A stretch of DNA of 40,000 nucleotides from assembly GCA_045657465.1 (NCBI GenBank), contig JAZOTD010000036.1:11372-51371 (forward strand), in the 5' to 3' direction. Shown here in pieces: positions 7,834 through 15,000 of the stretch. Position 1 is the first letter of the stretch; every line of letters begins with the position of its first letter. Position numbers and translations under genes: made by a program. The notes beneath the pieces were generated by a model. The model did no database searches. It saw only the letters and a program-made list of their open reading frames with translations, and was not told the DNA's origin. This stretch comes from Clostridia bacterium. Lineage in GTDB: Bacteria; Bacillota; Clostridia; Christensenellales; UBA1242.

Positions 7834-8774
7834 TATTCATTATCCTCCTTTGGTTTTTTATTGAATACTTTTTCTACCTTTGCACCTTTAGCATTCTTTT
7901 TCTTCTTACCTTTCTTTGTCGCAGGTTCTTCAGGTTCAACTTCTTTAACTTCTTCTGCAGGTTTTTCGCTAGCAGTCATTTCTTCTGGCGGCTTGTCAGT
8001 GATTTCATTCATATCAACCACTTCGTTAGCACTTTCCTTTTCGTTGATTTCTTCAACTTTTTCACCATCAATCTTATTTGTTTCAATTTGATTTGCAAGA
8101 AGTCTTTGACGTCTTAAATTGTCATATTGGAAAACTTTTTCATTTCTAATCTTTTTCAATATCTTTTGATATTCAATTTGTTTTTTCGTAACTTTATTGG
8201 CAATAGCCTTATGAATAACCTCAGCAAGGAATGCAATAATACCCATCCATAACAAGTTAAACACTTGAGTTCTGCAGAATGCATGACCAGTAAATCCAAA
8301 CAATTGTCTTTCAAAAACTGTTCCATAAGCTAAAAATTCTTTAAACACACTATACACAAAGCCCATTAACGCAAACACAAACATAGCTCTCAAAACTTTA
8401 TACAAATAGTTTTTAGCAACCGCTTTTGTGTTGATATAAATGATATCAATACTCAAGATTGTTGTAGCAATAACTGACAAAAATCCTTCTTCGTGAACAT
8501 GCACATGAAGTCCAAAAAGTTCATATTTTTCAATAACAAAATCTAAAAGCGTCACAATAAACACTGACAATATTGCAGTCACAAACACTTTAACCGAACG
8601 ACTAAAGAATTTGTTAAACACCAAGCACACCAGTGCAGATATTAAATAACAAATACATGTAGCAATAATGAAATATATCGCATAGTTTGAATGAGCCATA
8701 ACAAACATTAGTGGACATAACGCCAAAATTGCGATATGCACAAAGCTCATTTCAATATTAGTTTTTAAATGCAT
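7833..8774 (-). CDS. rnfE: RnfE-like membrane subunit with Lys/Glu-rich C-terminal extension
   Basis: GGAGGTG lies 8 nt upstream of ATG 8774 (the track start 8783 is a GTG inside that SD). ILALCPLMFV.. and VKVFVTAILSVFIVTLLD resemble the RnfE/NqrD LGxCP and RIPxFIxxIAxxV segments. The last ~115 aa are charged and low-complexity. Confidence 0.65.
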   Translation of the reverse strand: MHLKTNIEMSFVHIAILALCPLMFVMAHSNYAIYFIIATCICYLISALVCLVFNKFFSRSVKVFVTAILSVFIVTLLDFVIEKYELFGLHVHVHEEGFLSVIATTILSIDIIYINTKAVAKNYLYKVLRAMFVFALMGFVYSVFKEFLAYGTVFERQLFGFTGHAFCRTQVFNLLWMGIIAFLAEVIHKAIANKVTKKQIEYQKILKKIRNEKVFQYDNLRRQRLLANQIETNKIDGEKVEEINEKESANEVVDMNEITDKPPEEMTASEKPAEEVKEVEPEEPATKKGKKKKNAKGAKVEKVFNKKPKEDNE

Positions 8775-9687
8775 TTCTAACACCTCCTAACGCCAAAGGC
8801 TTAAGAACTAAATATTTGTCCATTATAGGAACAAGCATATTCATAAACAAAGCAACTGCAAAGATTGAATTTTCTCCAAGCTTTCCAGTGCTCCAAACAA
8901 GTGCAGAAAGCACACCAAATAAAAGTGAATATAAAATCTTGCCAATAAACGTGTTTGGTGATGTGTTAGGATCAGTAATCATAAACACTGACACGAAAAT
9001 AAACGAACCTGAAAACATATTCATGACAGTTTCTTCAAGTCCACCAAGCATCATCCCAGTAACAAAATAACCAATCACTGCAAGTAGTGGAAGTTTAAAA
9101 TCAACCACACCTGAATAAACCAAGAATGCATAACAAATAACCAAGATAATCACACAAGTGGTTCCAATTCCACCAACACTCTCACCCACAAGCAAGTTTG
9201 TAAGTGTGTTAGTTCCACCAAGTGCAATCGATGTCATTTGTTCGCCATTAAGTGTGATTTGATAAAACTCAGAAGCAACCATGCTTGAAATAACACCAGT
9301 CATACATCTTCCCACAAGTGCAGGATTAAACTTGTTTCTTCCAAGCCCACCGAATGCCATCTTTGCAACAAATATTGAAACAAAAGCACTAATCATAACA
9401 AAATGCCAAGGAATTCCAATAGGCATCGTAAGTGCCAGAATAAAACCTGTTACAACACAAGAAAAATTATCAACATAAAATTTCTTTTTTGCGATAAGGT
9501 TAAACAATCCTTCAAAAACCAAGCAAGAAACAACCCCAACAGCAACAATTAACAATGCTTTAATTCCAAAAAATAACGTTCCATAAATTGCAGGCAACAA
9601 CAACGCCACTGCCACATACAAAAACATCTTATTTGTATCATTACCACTACGAACAAATGGAGCGTGTGAAACTACAAACTTTTCCAT
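8758..9687 (-). CDS. rnfD: RnfD-like membrane subunit
   Basis: GGAGGTG RBS. SHAPFVRSGNDTNKMFLYVAVALLLPAIYGTLFFG, RNKFNPALVGR and GESVGGIGTTC are collinear with the RnfD/NqrB family. ATG overlaps the rnfC stop (TAATG). Confidence 0.8.
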   Translation of the reverse strand: MEKFVVSHAPFVRSGNDTNKMFLYVAVALLLPAIYGTLFFGIKALLIVAVGVVSCLVFEGLFNLIAKKKFYVDNFSCVVTGFILALTMPIGIPWHFVMISAFVSIFVAKMAFGGLGRNKFNPALVGRCMTGVISSMVASEFYQITLNGEQMTSIALGGTNTLTNLLVGESVGGIGTTCVIILVICYAFLVYSGVVDFKLPLLAVIGYFVTGMMLGGLEETVMNMFSGSFIFVSVFMITDPNTSPNTFIGKILYSLLFGVLSALVWSTGKLGENSIFAVALFMNMLVPIMDKYLVLKPLALGGVRNAFKN

Positions 9688-11000
9688 TACTTAACACCTC
9701 CATGTTTTTTATCATAAAATTTTGCTGCAGCAATTCTTTGTGTCAAATAACGTCTTGAAGGACACACATATGAACAGCAACCGCATTCGATACAAGTTTG
9801 AACATTAAGTTTTTTAATCTCGTCAACATTTTCTCTTAAATAAGCTTCATCAATAAGCTTTGGATTTAAAAATACCGGACAAACATTTATGCACTTTCCA
9901 CAAGAAATACATGGAAGTTCTTTTTCTGGAGTAAGCACATCATATTTTAAAAGCAACAATGTGTTTGTCATCAAAGAAACTGAAATGTCTTTGTTGTATT
10001 GTGCTGTGCCTGATAAAACATTTCCATCAACAACTTGACAGTCAGCTTGCGAATCTTCAACACCTGCATATTCAATCAGTTTGTCATAAGATGTGCCGAT
10101 AGGAACAATATAGTTACCCTTTCTAACAATATTGTCACCATCAACAGTAACAATCTTGCTTGTAACTGGCTTGTTAAATTCAACGGCACGACAAAAATCG
10201 AAACAAGACTCAGCTGTTTCAATGGTGATTCCCGCCTCTAAGAAAGATGTGGTTTTATTTATATTCTTTTTACAAATAAGTTTTGCAACAATGTAAGGAT
10301 TGTCAAATGGATACTTGTTTGGAATAAACTTAATTTTGAAGTCATAATTCTTTTTTGTTTCAAGAATATGCTTTTTTACTTTTGCAGCAAGCTTGTAGTT
10401 TGCTTCCGTGAAAACAAATGTGATGTATGACGCACCAGTAATATTCATAAAATACTTGGCACCATTAACAACTTCTTCAAGTCTATAGTTGACCAAAGTT
10501 TGATTGATTGAATTGTTTGGATCAGTGCTGTCCATCATAATAACTAATGTCTTATAGGTTCTTGCACCCACATAAGCATACTTTAGGTATGTTGGCATAG
10601 TTGAAATTGTGTCAACCAAACCAGCTTCACGAAGTCTGGTAATAAGTGCGGTGTCTCCAATTGAATCAATTTCTGGCAAGTCTTCAACTTCTTCTTTCGA
10701 ATCATTCATAATCAAAACATGCTTGCAAAGCTCACCATGTGAATTCATTTTTTGCAAGATGTTTAAAACCTTTCCACTGCATGGTGAAAAGATGTTCACA
10801 CCGAACTTTCCTGATGGTTTTGCAATCAATGAACCCTGCTTTACAACATCACCAACGTGAACAACAGGCTCAGCTTCTGCTATGTTTTTTAACTTTAGTG
10901 GCACGTTATAAAATTCAGCTGCTGGCATTTGAGACAAATCAACACCAACGCTCATTTTCTTCATGTATGGATATATACCCTTAAAACTAATTAATCCCAC
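9687..11000 (-). CDS. rnfC: RnfC-like subunit (N-terminal barrel plus two 4Fe-4S motifs; middle domain divergent)
   Basis: GAGG lies 6 nt upstream of GTG 11000 (the track uses GTG 11012). FKGIYPY..K, VVHVGDVVKQGSLIA and FSPCSGKV match the RnfC N-terminus. C-terminal CISCGKCINVCP and CIECGCCSYVCP. Confidence 0.8.
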   Translation of the reverse strand: MGLISFKGIYPYMKKMSVGVDLSQMPAAEFYNVPLKLKNIAEAEPVVHVGDVVKQGSLIAKPSGKFGVNIFSPCSGKVLNILQKMNSHGELCKHVLIMNDSKEEVEDLPEIDSIGDTALITRLREAGLVDTISTMPTYLKYAYVGARTYKTLVIMMDSTDPNNSINQTLVNYRLEEVVNGAKYFMNITGASYITFVFTEANYKLAAKVKKHILETKKNYDFKIKFIPNKYPFDNPYIVAKLICKKNINKTTSFLEAGITIETAESCFDFCRAVEFNKPVTSKIVTVDGDNIVRKGNYIVPIGTSYDKLIEYAGVEDSQADCQVVDGNVLSGTAQYNKDISVSLMTNTLLLLKYDVLTPEKELPCISCGKCINVCPVFLNPKLIDEAYLRENVDEIKKLNVQTCIECGCCSYVCPSRRYLTQRIAAAKFYDKKHGGVK

Positions 11001-11029
11001 AATAAACCTCACTTAATATATACAAAAAT

Positions 11030-11058
11030 ATTGTAACAAATTATGGGTTTATTGTAAA
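11030..11058 (-). promoter_or_regulatory. candidate promoter of the rnf-like operon
   Basis: The minus strand reads TTTACA (11058-11053), 17 nt, TACAAT (11035-11030). About 25 nt upstream of the GAGG SD. Confidence 0.4.
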
Positions 11059-11081
11059 ACAAATTTACCCTTTAAACCAAA

Positions 11082-11462
11082 TTATTGTTTTTTATTTTTC
11101 ATTGCAAGAATGGTTTTTATAGCATAAAAAATACCAACCAAAATAATGAAACTTGCAAACAAAATTCTAAGCAAATTTGAACTAGTTTTAAGCGCAAAAA
11201 GACTCGCAAAAAAAGCCACTATCGTGGCAGGAATTGAAATGCAAAAAAACGCCATGAAATCAATCAATTTATTTTTAATATAAATCACAAAACAAACACT
11301 CGCCAAAACAACAAAACAGATCACATTTGTTGACTGGCAAATAATCTGCTCAACTCCAAAAAACAAACTTAAAAGCGGAATCAAAAAAGTTCCACCACCC
11401 ATACCCATTCCAGCAAAAATTCCCGAAAATGTAGATATTAATAAAATTAGCAAAATCTGCAC
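11082..11462 (-). CDS. half-size (4-TM) TSUP/TauE-SafE family membrane protein
   Basis: GTG start with AAGGAG RBS. 126 aa and four hydrophobic segments. GMGMGGGTFLIPLL matches the TSUP G-x-GGG-x(3)-P motif. Confidence 0.7.
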   Translation of the reverse strand: MQILLILLISTFSGIFAGMGMGGGTFLIPLLSLFFGVEQIICQSTNVICFVVLASVCFVIYIKNKLIDFMAFFCISIPATIVAFFASLFALKTSSNLLRILFASFIILVGIFYAIKTILAMKNKKQ

Positions 11463-11475
11463 TATTTTCTCCTTA

Positions 11476-11529
11476 TTTCAATGTTTTTATATTGTTTTTC
11501 AATGTTTTTTAATGCTTTTTGCGTTTTTT
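11476..11529. repeat. phased T-tracts / short direct repeats (TTTCAATGTTTTT x2 plus variants)
   Basis: T5-6 runs start at 11484, 11495, 11505, 11516 and 11524 (spacing 11, 10, 11, 8). TTTCAATGTTTTT occurs at 11476-11488 and 11497-11509. Confidence 0.6.
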
Positions 11530-11908
11530 AAAACACAATCATGCAAACGCCAGCCACAATTAACACCACTGAAAAGATTAAATCTATAACATTATTTTTT
11601 AATTTTTTCAATAATTTTGTTCCAACCAAGCTTCCAATTACACTCCCTATCCCACACACCAAAACAAGCTTAAAATCAACTTCATTTTTAATAAAATAAA
11701 ACACTGAACTTGACACACACATAAACAGCACACAAGCAAGTGTTGTGGCATGTGCAATCTTAGAATCTTGTTTTGAAACATAGCCAATCATGGGCACAAG
11801 CAAAAGCCCACCACCCGCTCCAAAAAAACCATTAATGAACCCAGCAACCAGTCCAACCGCCACTAGCTCCAAAATTTTTAATAATTCTTTCTTGTTTTTA
11901 TTATCCAC
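11528..11908 (-). CDS. half-size (4-TM) TSUP/TauE-SafE family membrane protein
   Basis: 126 aa and four hydrophobic segments. FFGAGGGLLLVPMI matches the TSUP motif. GTG start without a clear SD, so the start is uncertain. Confidence 0.65.
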   Translation of the reverse strand: MDNKNKKELLKILELVAVGLVAGFINGFFGAGGGLLLVPMIGYVSKQDSKIAHATTLACVLFMCVSSSVFYFIKNEVDFKLVLVCGIGSVIGSLVGTKLLKKLKNNVIDLIFSVVLIVAGVCMIVF

Positions 11909-12095
11909 ATAACTAGTATTCTTTTTTTGACCAGCAATTATAACAATATTTTATAATAGGCTTTTTAAAACCCCAAAATGCCCAATTTTTCTACATTTTT
12001 AAGACTAAAATTTTTGAGAAAAGGTTGATTTTTTTCAACAAATATAATAAAATTAATGTGGTTATTTTTAACAATAAAAATTAGGACGGTTTATA

Positions 12096-15000
12096 ATGAA
12101 GAAATTATCAAAATCATACAGCAAGAACAAAAAGTCAATACTAAGCGCATTCCTTGCATCAGTGTTGGCATTTTCATTTAACTACTCTCCAATTTCAATG
12201 ATTAGCAATCTTGTTAAGACTTCAAATGCTTACAAGTCTTCATCATTGCAATCTTATTATGGCGAAACAACTTCAACTTCTGAATCAAAAGTGAAAGCGT
12301 ATTACCCTGAAGAACTCGCAGAGTATTTTTCTCAAAGCAAAACAAATTTCAACATCGAAACTTATTACAATTCAAGATTCGATGACTTGTTCAAAGGTTA
12401 TGCAAATGACTTTTTGCTAAGCGGAAAAGTGCCTTTTGTTAATCCTGACGGTTCAGACAACCCTGATGCAATGACAAACTATTCAACTCTTGTTAGAAAC
12501 TTCTTGTCAAACAAAAAAGTTTCAACTCTTTATGAATACTTTGAAAACAACAAAACTGACATCAAGGCAGACCTAAACATTTCAGACTTTAGAACATATG
12601 TTGAATATTTCGTATCTCACGAAATCACTTGGACAATCTCTGATGCTGAAACAGGAAAAATCCCAGCAGCATTCACAACCGCCCCAACAAAAACTTATTT
12701 CTACTGTTCATTTGCAAACTTCTTAACCAACACACAAGAAAGTGTTAAATCAACAGATACAAATGGTTTTGACAACCTTCCAGAAGATTACACAGAATCA
12801 CAATTCTATCAATTCTCTCTTTCTTATAAAAGACTCAAAGATGCTGTTGATGCTGAAATCGTTAAAACAATGGCAATCTATTCATATGATGGTCAAACAC
12901 AAAGCAACACCGTTGCAGGCATCGTGGCTGAAGGTGCTCCTGTTTCAAAAGAGTTCTATTATAAAGATAATGAATACACTCCACAAAACACACCAAAAGT
13001 TTCTTATTCACAAAAAACCGTTAACAAAGTAAAAAATAGAATTGTATATTACTTTGGAACTCTTCCAACATTGCCAAGCGGATACACTAGACCAGATCAT
13101 CTTGAAGAATTAGACATAAACAAATTTTATGAAAACCCTCTTCAATATAGATTAACCCTTGACGACGGCTTAGACGACAATGAAGAATATGGTTACATTC
13201 CTGGGATCAACACATTCTATAAATATGAATCAATTCCATTTGCAACCACAAAAAATCAATATGACTTATATGTCGTTGATGACTCTGTTACAGATTTAGA
13301 AAAAACAACTTATGCATCACTTGGCATCACAGTGTTAACTTCTGACGACATCGACAACGACACACAAAACGCTGAAGACCTTCAAGACCTTGGGATTAGC
13401 AAAGCTGATTCAAAATCTTACTTCAAGGTTCCTTATGATTCAACTGCTGAACATGGTGACATCTATTTCAACCAAATCTTCAGTTTCATTGCTTCATCTG
13501 CAACTAAAAACAAAGTTTACAAAATTTTAGAAGAATTGCAAAAAATTGATGCAATACATGGTCTTTATTTAAAATATAAAAACAATGCTGATAATATCGT
13601 TTATTATGACCCTGCTTTAAATGGTGGCAAATCAAAAGAAACTTTCATTGCTGACGCAAAGAAAGAAGAAAACGGCATCTATGACCATTTGGTTATTGAA
13701 TTTGATTACAATAGTTTGTCTGCTGAAGAAAAAGAAAGCTATTGCATCATTCCAACTTCATTCTCTGGTCACAACGTTGGTAGTTACACTCTCTATTTTG
13801 AAAAGACAAAAACTTTCTATCAAGAAACTAACACAACAAACTATGATGGTTACGTAACAAAAGACACACCTGTTGACCCATATGAATATTCATCTCACCT
13901 GATTCCAACAGATTCTTACAAAATGGCTGACTATGGCAAAGAAATTTTTGCTCTAGTTGAAAATAAAGACACAACTGCCAAAGTTACAATTGACTCAACT
14001 GAATATTTTACCGTTGATCAATTTGAACTTGATAAACCTGAAAATAGAAATTTCTATATTGAAGTTCCTGAATACACCTACAACAAAATTTATGGTGCAA
14101 ACAACAGAACCTACAAACTCTATTTCAAACATGAAGCAAAAGCAACAAGACAACTCTATGTTGTTGATGACACTAAATCTGCTTCAACAAACGAGGTTTA
14201 CAAAAATTTATATTACAACGTTATCACTTCTGAAGAATTGAAGCTTAACAAACTCAATTATGTTGCCGTTGAATCAACTGATGCAAACTACAACAAAAAC
14301 TTTAAGCTTTATTATAGATATGATGAAGACACAAAATTTTCTGAACTCTTTGTTCAAAATGAATTTAGAAACACCGGCAGTGACGATAATTCAAAACACA
14401 ACGCCAACGCTGTTTACATTGTCGATGAAGATGTTAAGCCTGATGAACTTGCAAAATATAAAGTAAATTTGTTTAATGTTGTTTCAACAGAAGAATTCAA
14501 CCAAAACAAACACTTCTATGTTTTAATTCAACAAGGTGACGAAAACTATAACTCACAATACACAAAGCTTTATTACAAATATAAAACAGACACAACAAAA
14601 GCTAGTGAAAAAGTTATCTATATCTACACTTCTGGAAAGAGCGACAAATATCAAACTTTCTACAAAAACAACGCTGGTTATGTTGCTTCTGATTATGAGC
14701 TCATTCCATCAACAGACACTGAAAACTATGTTGAAGGTACAAACCTTTATTATAAAAAGAAAAGAGTTCAATCAGCAGTTAATAAGCCACAAATGACTTA
14801 TTATTATTATCAAAACTCTTCAACCGTTTCACTCAAGGCAAACAAATATTATGCTATTTCATTCTATGTTTACACAAACGGTTATTATGATGAAGCAAAG
14901 ACAATGCCTATTGAAGCATCATTCTATTTGTCAGATTCAAATGGCTACGTGTCAAACATTTCCCTTGAACACATCTCATCTCAAGGCAAATGGACAAAAT

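Noticed and set aside
7769-7840. 23-aa mini-ORF (MNNVANFIIVFGFIWFEKQYCCF) starting 3 nt after the AAGGAGGA at 7843-7850.
   Set aside because: The SD-to-ATG spacing of 3 nt is too short. The same SD sits 10 nt from the rnfA ATG at 7833, which opens a 191-aa membrane protein in the expected operon position.
12024-12048. TTGATT / TATAAT pair and a small GTTGA-T6-TCAAC hairpin upstream of the giant gene. I considered these as its promoter or an invertible switch.
   Set aside because: The spacer is only 12 nt, and alternative -35 choices give 23 nt. There are no flanking inverted repeats of the kind seen in invertible promoters. The promoter is left unassigned.
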